Positions 40,101-50,865 of a stretch of 64,000 bases of DNA are shown one piece after another. The notes under the pieces are model-generated. The model did no database searches and was not told the origin of the DNA. It saw nothing but the letters and a program-made list of their open reading frames with translations. The position numbers were made by a program, and so were the translations under genes. This DNA comes from Marsupella aquatica (taxonomy: Eukaryota; Plantae; Marchantiophyta). How positions within the stretch are numbered: position 1 is the first letter of the stretch; each line of letters starts with the position of its first letter. The stretch is from positions 1,169,324 through 1,233,323 of the forward strand of contig OZ316891.1 in the NCBI GenBank assembly GCA_973895155.1, read 5' to 3'.

Positions 40101-42761
40101 CCTTCCATTGGCAAGATAACCAGCACGGTCATGATAGATCGTCTTAGACTCCTCCGGTGCACATCTCGGTCTGGCAGGGGACTCCTGCACAACATTGGAA
40201 GGCAGACCGGGGTGATCTACCTGTGAGGCCAGAGGGCGTACTTTCAGAGGACTGGAAACCTGGTAATTGCCATTGATCAGCACTGATGATTCCGAGCCGG
40301 AGGGGAAGAAATCCACCATCTTTGGAATAGAGCCTGGCTGTGTTTGGGTTTGGATCTGAGAGGAATGCGAGGTTTGGGACTTCATCCGCCATTCCTGCTG
40401 CTGCCCTCCTCTTCTCCTCTTTAAATCATCTCTCAGTTTCTGAGACCCGCTTCCTTCTTTGGAGAAAAACATTGACTCCTCTTTGCACGAGTTGACTGTG
40501 GAATAACCGCCTTTCTCCGACCCACTGTCGCCACCACCACCACCTGCTTCGCCACTAGGTCCACCACAACTGCTCTCGGCACTACCTTCTCGTTCTCTTT
40601 GCCTCTCATTCACAGCTACCCATTGCCCTGTGACAGTCCTCCCTCCCCTCCTGCCTCCACCAATCGCACCTCGAGAAGCAATTCCCCTCCGACCACCCAA
40701 ACCACCCCGACTCCCTTCTCCAACTCGACCATTACTCTCCCTGGAATACTCCATCTCAAACTCCTTGGATGATGGGCCCTCCCCCGGCAGCTGCTGCTGC
40801 TGCTCGTGGTGGTTATTGGAATTCAAATTCACAGCTTGCTGCTCCACAACCTTGGCATAAAGCTGATCCTCTCTGGATCGACCTCCCAATCCCCCGGTAC
40901 TGCTGCTGTTCTTCCGATACTGCAGCTGCCCACCACCACCACCGCCACCACCACTGCCACCAGGGACTCCCCCTACCTCCTCTAAGAAATCCCCATCCCA
41001 TCCTCCCAAAAGCCCTCTGCCTTCATGATACTCGAAATTCTCAGGAAGCCCTACTCCCTTGTTGCTCACAGGATACAACCCCCTGCTAGCAAGACCAAAT
41101 CGGTGTCCTACATCTCGATTGGCAAAAGAGGGATGCAGCACAGATTCGCCACCAACCCCGTTCTGCTCAATTCCCTGTTCTCCCCACCAGCCTACTCGTT
41201 GCTGTTGTAAATCCTTGAGTCCCATCGAATTTGCCTGATTAACGCCTTCGACCGTGAATCCTGGCAATTTGGTGCTGTTGTCGTGATCTTTGGAGGAGCC
41301 ATTGTTGACAGATTGAGACGGGAGAGCTGGCCAAAATCGGCCCAATAGATCATCCGCAGGTGAGGACAGGGACCGAATGGTGTTCTCATTGCGCTTGGGA
41401 GGCCCGATAGGTCCATGTACAATTGCTGGGGATGCCTTCTGCTGCACTGCTACACCTCCGGCAGTGCTACTGCTATTGCTACTGCTATTGCCCAGACCTG
41501 GCTGTTGCTTGTCTATCACTGCCATAGGATCTGCTCCCCCTCCTGTTCCAACCCCAGCCGCTACTGCACTGCCCTTGGAGGAGGACGAAATCTGTAAAAG
41601 TTTCATGAGCTCGGCTCCATCTCCAAAGAATTGCTGATGGGGTGCAGCACCTCCTCGCTCTGCAGCTGCTCCTGCAATGACACTGCCCCCGCGGGCAGCA
41701 GGTGAATTGTTCGCGGGTGGAATGTCATTCTCTCCAATCACACTTCGGAATTGCAGCTGTTGTTGCTGATGCTGCTGTTGCTGATGCAGAGCAACAGCGG
41801 CGGCGGGAGGATTAAACGAAAGTTGATGGTGTTGCCATTCCGCGGACCTCCTCTGCAGCATCTCTACGTGACTGCCGTAGAGGGAGGGAGACAGATGAAC
41901 CCCCTGCACCCCGGGGATTGGCACGAGGGTATGACCCCCACCCCTCCCTCCTTGCTGGAGGAGCCGGAGATCTACCCCTGGAGAAGAGAAAGACGAAGAA
42001 ATGGAAGGAGAGGGAGGAAACGGATGTTGAGAAGCAAATGGATGTTGTTGCTGCTGTGGCGATGGTGGTGGTGGCGGCGGTTGATGATGCTGGTGATGAG
42101 GAGGAGGGGGAGGCGGAGGAGGCCATCCGGAGCCACCCATCGAGACATTGTGGTGGAACTGGGCGTGCCCTGAAGAGGGGTAGAGTCCTGGTGGTGGTCG
42201 GGGTGGTGAGGGAAAGTCTCTCATCCGCCCATCGCCTCCTACTGGAGCTCCACCTCCACCTACCATGCCATTGTGTTGTGGGTAGGAGTGACTGGGCCCC
42301 AGGGCTGCCACGGCCGGATCCCATGCCGCCATGGGAATGTCTCCCCCTCCCGACACAATTCCTGGCATCGCAAAGCTGTAATGCTGCTGCTGCTGCTTTT
42401 GCCCTTGCTGCTCGTACCCACTTCCTCCTCCTCCCGATCCCCCTCCTCCTCCAACCCCAGCCGCTACTGCACTGCCCTTGGAGGAGGCCGAAATCTGTAA
42501 AAGCTTCATGAGCTCGGTTCCATCTCCAAAGAATTGCTGATGGGGTGCAGCACCTCCTCGCTCTGCACCTGCTCCTGCAACGACACTCTCCCCGCGGGGA
42601 GCAGGTGAATTGTTCGAGGGTGGGATGTCGCTCTCTCCATGCACACTTCGAAATTGCAGCTGTTGTTGTTGCTGTTGCTGCTGCTGCTGCGCAACAGCAG
42701 CAGGAGGAGGATTAAACGAAAGTTGATGGTGTTGCCATTCCGCGGACCTCCTCTGCAGCAT
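37131..42761 (-). CDS. URT1: UTP:RNA uridylyltransferase 1 (TUTase) with long disordered N-terminus
   Basis: Approximate exons 42761-39963, 39433-39040, 38699-38477, 38270-38207, 37713-37516 and 37347-37131. Catalytic [13 protein letters not shown] and [41 protein letters not shown]; N-terminal URT1 motifs ELMKLLQ (M1-like) and DPAVAALGP (M2). The start codon is uncertain; the first in-frame ATG was used. Confidence 0.93.
37775..37876. repeat. ~52-bp tandem duplication in a URT1 intron
   Basis: ACTCGGTAATCAAGGTAGTCCTCCCCCCAATCTGCAGCGGTGAGA twice. Confidence 0.9.
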
Positions 42762-43145
42762 CTCTACGTGACTGCCGTAGAGGGAGGGAGACAGATGAAC
42801 CCCGCGGATTGGCACCAGGGAATGACCCCCACCTCCCCCCTTGCTGGAGGAGCCGGAGATCTACCCCTGGAGAAGAGAAAGACGAAGAAACGGAAGAAGA
42901 GGGAGGAAACGGATGTTGAGAGGCGAATGGATGTTGTTGCTGCTGTTGTTGTTGGAGGTCTGGAGATGGTGGTGGTGGCGGTTGATGATGATGGTGATGA
43001 CGAGGAGGAAGAGGGGGAGGCGAGGGGAGGCGGAGGAGGCCATCCGGAGCCACCCATCGAGACATTGTGGTGAGACTGGCCGTGCCCTGAGGGTATCCGG
43101 AGCCACCCATCGAGACATTGTGCTGGAACTGGGCTTGCCCTGAGG
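41545..43145. repeat. Intragenic duplication (~900-bp offset) in URT1 exon 1
   Basis: AGTTGATGGTGTTGCCATTCCGCGG at 41821 and 42721; the ~600-bp repeated block has SNPs and indels, plus a 54-bp sub-duplication at ~43042-43145. Confidence 0.95.
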
Positions 43146-43430
43146 GTGGTGGTCTTCACAAAGACCTCGGGGGCAGTTTACTCTTTGGCAGTTTACTCTT
43201 TATTGTCGACTCGAAGATCTAATCGGGGCCGTCCATTGGGGAGTTAGTGATGGATTTCACTTTACAACACGGCCGGGCCTATCCGACATGGGAACTGAGT
43301 GGGGCCCAACTTGCACATGTGGAGCTCATTATTTAGACCCACCTCTCTTCGGTCCGGTCCTGTTCTAGTGTTCTCAGTCAATTTCAACAAATGTGCACCT
43401 ATGGGTACCTTGTCGTGCTGTTGCTGCAAG

Positions 43431-45250
43431 ATGGCGGGCATTGTGAGAGAAGCACCCTATGAGAGAACTCACAAATTAAAATTTTTGAGATCAAATTTGT
43501 TACTTTGAAAACAATTGGCGCCACTCCCGCTTCATCAAGCTCTCTTACTCAACGTTACTCAACGGCCAGCAGAATCAGCTTACGTTCGTACGATTTTTCA
43601 AGTTTTGACAATTTCTTCACAACCCGGTCCGTCTCCACATTTCTCTGGAAGGATACAGACCAATCAGTTCCAGGCGTGGCAAGAAAGCCCTCACCTGCGT
43701 AGAATGGAGCTTGAACACCACTTTATTCCAAATTCTCCATAACTGAGGGACATAAGATCAACTCTTGGGCACGGGTGCGCAATATTTTCAATCCGAGTTC
43801 CCTTCTCAACCTCATCCCCGACTTCACTGATGCCCACTCCCATAGCGCCTCAGCGAGAAGCTGCTTCTCCCACCTAAGAAGAGGGCTGCCAAGAAGCCCC
43901 TCCAAAGAAGGGGAAAAAGGCGCACGAGGTGGTGCACCTGAGCGATGAAGACGACGAAGGGGAGGGAATTTGTCACTCCGCTGGGCAGAGGTCTCATTGC
44001 CTTCCGTGAGAAAATATCACGAGTTTAAAAGGAATGCCATAAAACAAGGTAATTGTTTTTCCATTCTTGTATTGTCCTTGATTGCAGTCGTTGCCTTGAT
44101 GTCCACTCGCTCAGCAAGCTCCATTTGCATTTTCGTTTTGCGAATTTGCTGCAGTAGCGGCAGACTGGTGCAGATTCGTTTTTCAGTTTCATTTTGCAAT
44201 TCGCTTTTGCAATTTCCTTTCAATTCGTTACCAGCTTCGTTTTTCAATTCGTTTTCCATTTTCGTTCTGCTAACTTGCTTCAGTAGCGGCAGACTGGTGC
44301 AGTTTCGTTTTCAGTTCCATTTTGGAATTCGTTTTTCCAAATTTTTTTCCAATTTGTTTGCAGCTTCGTTTTTCAATTCACTTTCAATTGTAGTTTTGCA
44401 AACTTGGTTCAGTAGCGGTAGACTGGTGCAGTTTCGGGTTTCAGTTTCATTTTGCAATTCGTTCTTTCAATTTCTTTTTCAATTCGCTAGCAGCTTCGGT
44501 TTTCAATTCGTTTTCCCAACTTGGTTCATTTTGCAATTTGTTTTGTAGTTCGTTCTGCATTTTTGTTTGCTAACTAGCTTCAGTAGTGGCACACTTGTGC
44601 AGTTTCGTTTTGAAGTTCAGTTTTGCAGTTTCATTTTGCAGCTTCGTTTTTTCAATTTGTTTGACAATGTCAATTCGTGCTGCAATGTCACCGCTTGCCC
44701 CTATGACCACGAATTTTCTGAATGGAATTTGAAAAGTTGCAGTGGCATATGTTGCACCTTCTTCATTTCAGATTGAAATCTGCAATTTAATGCCTCAAGA
44801 TTTGATAAGTTTGGGGTCGCTGATGGTTTTACAGGTTCAGCTATGTGGGACAAATTGCAGGCAAAAATGGTTGTGGCTTGTGAAGGATTCTCGAAGTCAG
44901 AAGAGGCTTCCATACAGTACTGCAATGTATTCTCAGTGTTTCTGGAGAGGGAAGGAAAATCGCTTGTAAATTAGTTGATGAGATTGACCAGGGGTTCACT
45001 AATCGTGCTAATGTCCTGAAGCTCACACGTAGAGATGCACGTGGCAGTTCAAATCCATACCATGTTGATGATCTCCAAGATATTGGGGAACTGCTTGCCT
45101 CACAAGAGAGTGGGCAAACCTACATCTAACAAGGTAGTGTGCCCACTCCTGATAGTAGCCTCCCTCAATCCAGCAAACTTCCTAAGAAGGGAAATGGAGA
45201 TACAGTCACTTCTGCTCCTACTGACAGGTCACTCATATGGGTAGCATGCT
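43431..45250 (+). pseudogene. Degraded Myb/SANT (trihelix-like) gene, possibly a PIF/Harbinger accessory ORF
   Basis: PPKKGKK...LSDEDDE, then RWAE..EFKRNAIKQG spliced (intron 44049-44834, phase 1) to SAMWDKLQAKMVVACEGFSKSEEA; multiple stops and frameshifts. Confidence 0.45.
44120..44662. repeat. T-rich tandem repeat, ~130-bp units x4, in a putative intron
   Basis: CAGTAGCGGCAGACTGGTGCAG-like motif at ~44152, 44281, 44410 and 44581. Confidence 0.85.
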
Positions 45251-46098
45251 ATTGATATTCAAAGACGATTATTGTTCTAGAAGGATCCCAGTCCGATATT
45301 AAAAGCCTAATTGACCAATTGTAATTGTGGTGCAGGCAATTGGCCTTACTATATTTTTTTCTTTAATAGAGGAGGTAGTTGAATCCAATTGGGACAATTC
45401 TCCTCAGGAACCTTGGAGTGTAGATTGCTCCAAAACACATCCACCTCTGTAGTATCCACCTGATTTTTTCACTCGAGACCAGAATGACCCTGAAGTGATT
45501 GATTAAGTTAAGCGAAGCCTTTATTTTTTGAAGATGCAGACTACCTCTCAATCTGCTTAGTGTTGTAGCAATCTCAAGTCTGTACCAAGCACAGAGTGAT
45601 CCAATCTGACAAATAATCTGCTAAATCATATTATTTTCAGAATCACTTAATCATCTGTTGTCAAGTCAGAATCACTTTCTTCAACTTTATTCATTTGCCA
45701 CACTAGAAACGTGTGAATTCTCTTCATAGAAACCATGTGGCAATTCCACGTTTTCAGTCAAACAAGGTCTTGGCCAACATACGTCAATGGAGAAGATGGT
45801 CGGATAGGTTTAGATAGTAAGTTTTAGGAATTCTCTGTCAGGGCTTGAGAGGGAGGCAACAGTGATCTGGGGGCCACAGCTAGCTCAACAAGTAATCTTC
45901 AAAAATTGTTTGCGCCATGGAGTTGACCTGGGAATTGCAAGAAATACTTTGCCTTGCTTGTCAATGAAGCATAATTGCAAGACAATGTACGTGAAAATAT
46001 CATGCAGCGAGTTTTGCGCTGGTCCGATGCTTTCGTCCCATCGTAGTACTGTCCTGGACCGTGTAATCGTCGCTATTATCCAAGATAGCTACGTATAG

Positions 46099-46216
46099 GA
46101 TTAAGGGCTCTTCCTGCCCCATAATGGGGTATAGGGTCGAGCGTATGTGGAGGCCCCGTGGGCCGACGCATATGCGTAGACCCGTATCCCATTATGGGCA
46201 GGATGAGCCCCTAATC
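46099..46216. repeat. Long imperfect inverted repeat (hairpin)
   Basis: Left arm GATTAAGGGCTCTTCCTGCCCCATAATGGGGTATAGGGTC..GGCCC pairs with GGGCC..GACCCGTATCCCATTATGGGCAGGATGAGCCCCTAATC around a ~3-nt loop. Confidence 0.95.
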
Positions 46217-46564
46217 GACGTTAAGGTGAAAATCGACGGCTCCATTTGAATTGCGTGATGCCTAAGCGACGCTGCTGCACTCTGGTCGTGAAACCTGGGA
46301 ACGGCCCAGATTGGAAGGCGGCTGGTTTATGAGGATCGGACGGTTCTAAGAAATACTGTCCTGGCTGCAGGCAACGTGGCCGGCTATAAGGCTTGGTACG
46401 TGGACCCACTTGAACGCACTTTCCATCGGGTATGGTGCAGTCTGTCTGGACTGAGAGATCTCCAGTCCATTGTGTGCGTCGGTCTCCTGGGTGTCAACTA
46501 TTCCCTCTCAACAATTCCCTCTACTGTTCGGGTCGACGATTTGATTCGCATTGTGCAGAATGTC

Positions 46565-46679
46565 GGAGGTCGCATTGTGGTGGATTCAGAGGTCACATTG
46601 TGGAGGATTAGGAGGTCGCATTGTGGAGGATTTGGAGGTCGCATTTTGGAGGATTTGGAGGTCACATTTTGGAGGATTC
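46565..46679 (+). repeat. 23-bp tandem repeat x5 upstream of the recombinase ATG
   Basis: GGAGGTCRCATTKTGGAGGATTN units at 46565, 46588, 46611, 46634 and 46657. Confidence 0.95.
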
Positions 46680-46872
46680 GGAGCTCTCGTTGCCGACGCT
46701 GTTGTTGACGACGCTGCAGGCTCATTGCTATCAGTTTGCATTTCAGTCGGCTCGATCCTGTGTTGACAGCGAGCTTGGCATCACAAGATTTCTCGTCTCT
46801 GGTTGCCAGCCAACACTGCTGATCGTGGAGAATCCGGTGATCTCGCCCTTTGCTGTTGAATGTTGATTATAT

Positions 46873-48779
46873 ATGGCTCATCCATCGTTCAGTATTGGTA
46901 TGTCGAAGCTGATGAGTATTTCAGATGTAGAGGAGGATGAGAAGTGCATACTTGCGATGAGCGATACTGTGATGAATATTGATAACCAATGCGAGGCAGA
47001 GTTGCTTAAACTTAACGACACTCTCGATTCATTACATGTGGACGAGCGTCCAAAGAAGGGTCCTCTTGTCATTACAGTCCCTGGTCATGCGCCCGTTGAA
47101 TTTCTCGAGGAGGATCCTAACTTTCAGAAGACCCTTGCTGAGGGTGGGTCTAATCCAAGCGCTGCTGTCGATCGTTGGGCAGTGAACAGACTCAATCACT
47201 TCAGAGAGTTCAAGGGTTGGGACTCCAGTGTAGGCTTCGAGGATCTCCCTGCACAAGAGTGCAACATGATGCTAACCAAATTCTTTGAACAGATTTGTAA
47301 GAAGGACGGGACTCTATACCCAACTCAGACGCTCATGGGGCTGTACCGTGCTTTCCATAGAGTTCTTAGGCGTAGGCAGGAGGTCAGAGTAAGTCAGAGC
47401 GAACAAGATGAGCCAGTTTTCCACATGCGCGAGAGTCCGTTGTTCAAACAAGTTGGGATTGCCTGTGTTCTAGCCATGGAGCGATCGAAGAAGAATGGAG
47501 CAAATCTGCCTCGAAAGAAGGCGTCTGTTATTTCGTTGGCTGATGAGGCCACAATCCTGGCCCACTCTTGCACTGCTGCAGTTCACCCTCGAGGCCTTCA
47601 ACGTCGTGCAGTTTACTTCTTGTTGTTTCGCTTTGCCATTCGAGGAGGCGCAGAGTTGCATTTGCTTGCTAAGAGTGACTTTGTTGTGAGCTCCGATGAT
47701 AATGGGCGTTATGTGAGATACGACGAACGACTGTCAAAGAACTATAAAGTCGGTCTAGAACGGTATCAGGACGAGCACTTTCGTCCAGCTGTTACGAGCT
47801 ATGATGTTGATATGGTTCAGACAATGGAGAGTATCATATCCCATTTGCCTATTGCTGGACTGTTTTTGTTTAATCAGTGTATCGATAGTCCACGTACGCA
47901 TGCCTGGTTTTCAACTCAGCGTGTTTCAGTGAAGAAGTTAAGTGGGATTATCAAAGAGATTCACCGAGAATGTGGTTTGTTGACAGAAGGCATATCTAAC
48001 AAATCAGGAAGAACTACTTGTGTGACACGCATGGCTACAGAGGGAGTACCCGCACCGATTGGCATGCTGATAACCGGGCACAAAAGCCAAGGTGCTTATG
48101 CCCGATACGACAGAAGCACAGACTCAAAGGTTAGGGCCGCTCAGAAGTGTAGCAGTGGATCTTCAAATTTTGATGAGAAGTGCCAAGAAGAAACTGAGAG
48201 ATTCAAAAAGAAGGTTGTTCAAGGAATTGAGGAGGAGGATTTGTCCCCCAACAAACGAGTGAAGGCTGTCGACGGTAAGTACTCTCACTAGTTTTAAGCA
48301 CTTTATGATTGATTGTGTGCCTTGCATGTGCATCCACTCTTGATTGACTATCGGATTGACGTGGACTGTTTACAGATGCAACAGGAGAGGGATCGACTGT
48401 GAGTGGCATGTACTCCACATCAGAAGTGGAAACTTCAAGTCCCCCTCACGTGGAAACTGAGGCTCCTGCAGTCGTCATTCAAAATTTGAGCCCTGCACAA
48501 GTTGCAGATGCAGCTAATGGATTTATGCTAATCGATAATGAGGTGCTTGTTGTTGACAGTGCCACAACTGGTGGAAGCTGCGGAGATGTTGAGCAGATGG
48601 ACTTGTTTGGTGAGGATTTGGCCCCAGACTGGGTTGATCAATACGACTGGGATGATCATTTTGAGAAGTTGCAACAAGCCACATCCATGATTGTGAATCC
48701 AGTGCAGGCATTGTTCAACAAAGTGCAGTCGCTGAACAATTGCACTATTTCGATTAAGATTGGCAAGTTTGGTGGCTAG
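46873..48779 (+). CDS. Tyrosine recombinase, Crypton/DUF3504-like (~601 aa, 2 exons)
   Basis: Exons 46873-48274 and 48376-48779 (G|GTAAGT...TTACAG|AT, in phase). Core-binding-like segment LTKFFEQICKKDGTLYPTQTL; catalytic set R257 (AIRGGAELHLL), K289 (SKNY), K377-x-x-R380 (SNKSGRTT), H403 (TGHKS), Y412; C-terminal NNCTISI. Confidence 0.9.
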
Positions 48780-50089
48780 ATAGTCATCAAAGTAGCAGAG
48801 GCATAATTTGATTGTAGCTTGTTATTCTAATTAGCGATAGATAGTATGTAGCTTGTGAGACGCTTGCACTGTAGATTGTAGCTTGGTAGTAGCGACACTG
48901 ACATTCATAGGATTAGATACTGACATTCATAGCATAGACGGGATTCGTGAGAAGGTCGAATTGACCAGACATCCCTTTACAATGAGGTATTATTTCAATC
49001 ACGGGAATTGTTAGTGATCTATTTGATCACACAACCCTGTTGTAAGTTTTTTTCAATATTGTCAATAAATTTTTACTCTCTGCCACGGGAGTTTCTCTAT
49101 AGAAGTTGGTGTTATTTGAATTCCTGTCCGCGACTTGCCGCAGAGCCGTGGATGGGTCACATATAACGCAACTTAACCGTATGTAAAATTTGGCAGACCG
49201 TATAAATATATGGTATAAAATAATGAAATGTAATCACCCTAAAGATTGCCTATGTGGCAATCAATGAATGGTCGAAAAGAACTTAACACCAGCAAACGAC
49301 CTTAACGTTCTTTTGATTGCAAAGCCGTCAGATCGAAGATGAGATTTCGATTGGCCGGGAAATGAATGGGGAAGGTCGGATTTTAGATCCATGGAGCTGT
49401 GCACTGACTTCTTCTCAATTAATATGAACCATTTCATTCATTTATACTAACTCCTGAAAGTTGTAGTTTGAGTAAGCCGTTCAGCTTATGTAGTAAACTG
49501 GGTTACAGTGTTCATGTGTGTATACATGTTTCTTGTATATGGGCACGTGTGATTTAAGTAAATTTGGTTAGTATTCATTTTGTGAATTTATCAAAAATTT
49601 CACAAAACTTGCTTAGTATCACATTTTCTATGCATCTTTCCATGTAAAGAACTGACCAACATTTGACAAAAAACTGACTGCTCCTCCTAGTTTGCACTCC
49701 ATTTGATAACTGAGGGTTAACCCACCAAACGTAATATATTTTTTGCAGTACATCTGTGTGTCTTACATCCCATCATACCTATTACAAAAATGGGGAATGG
49801 TCCTGAGTTTGCTTCTGAGAATCTAAGGACTGTCTTGCATGTGCAAGAGTCTTGAAAACCGTGGCCCTTACCAAGCCACAGATGTGGGGAAAAGTTAAAA
49901 CCAAATGTTTTGTTTTATTACATTTTAAAGGTTAGGGAGATACAAAAGAAGATACAAGATACAATGACCTTTGTATCTCCACAAAAGAAGCCATAAGGAC
50001 TGCCGCCCTCTCGGTGCCTCAAGTCATGACACGAGTTCATTTTAGGGCCGATGTGCAAAGGACCAACGACATGCAAGACGGCCCTAACT

Positions 50090-50492
50090 TGTTGAGCATA
50101 GACGACGATCGCAACGGCAAGCCCATGAACCATCCAACGCACAATAGTCGACACAAGAGATACGTGGTTCACCTCCTTGAGGCTACGTCCACGGGAACAC
50201 ACAAGAGAGCTTTACTGAACTCTAAGCCCGTCGGCTATACCGAGTCTCCACAGTGTAAGCTCTCCCTATCTCTCAAGTGGCTCCATAACAATGAGCCTTG
50301 GTTTTACCTCTCCAAGCACACATGCCTCTTATGATATAGTGTGCAACTTAGTTGTACCTAACCACATAGTTGTACCTAACCACGTAGTTGTACCTAATCA
50401 CGTAGTTGTACCTAACCACGTAGTTGTACCAACCCACGTTGTTGTACCAACCACGTCATACCTAACCTAGACGTAAGAGTAAATACCCAACA
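50090..50492 (-). mobile_element. Solo LTR, family A
   Basis: TGTTGA...CCAACA ends, perfect TSD TAACT; internal 18-bp tandem expansion (AGTTGTACCTAACCACGT x~6). Confidence 0.92.
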
Positions 50493-50613
50493 TAACTCTC
50501 CTGGATATATTCATTGGCTCTTTGCCTCAAATTTGTCCTAATCACATGTACCTTGGGCCTTTTTGCCTTTAGACCATGTCTCCCGGTTTGGCCTTTCTGT
50601 CTCTTTTTTTTTT

Positions 50614-50865
50614 TGGCAATGTCTGATTGAGAACAGATAATGTTTCATTTCATTTACACTTTTGGATTCCACAATGTACATTTTTTCTTGCGACAAACAA
50701 GGCAGTGTCTCCCGGCCCCATGCACCAGGCGCCACCCCTTTTTATTTGGCAGTCTGATTGAGAACAGATAATGTTTCATTTCATTTCCACTTTTGGATTC
50801 CACAATGTACATTTTTTCTTGCGACAAACAAGGCAGTGTCTCCCGGCCCCATGCACCAGGCGCCA
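50614..50865. repeat. Tandem duplication (~132-bp period)
   Basis: GTCTGATTGAGAACAGATAATG...CCCATGCACCAGGCGCCA twice. Confidence 0.9.

Larger units (their letters stand above)
46091..49308 (+). mobile_element. Crypton-type tyrosine-recombinase DNA transposon, apparently intact
   Basis: Single YR gene with no RT; 118-bp hairpin at the left end; 10-bp inverted repeat at 46218-46227 / 49299-49308; ACGT at both proposed ends. Boundaries are inferred. Confidence 0.7.

Noticed and set aside
40144-43143. Many overlapping antisense and alternate-frame ORFs
   Set aside because: By-products of the GC-rich low-complexity URT1 exon; the same applies to shadow ORFs over the MAPK and YR genes.
43970-44548. 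192-aa Phe-rich ORF
   Set aside because: Read-through into a T-rich tandem repeat inside a putative intron.
43300-49400. DIRS/Ngaro retroelement including the YR
   Set aside because: No RT (YxDD), RNase H or gag motifs were recognised on either strand around the YR gene.
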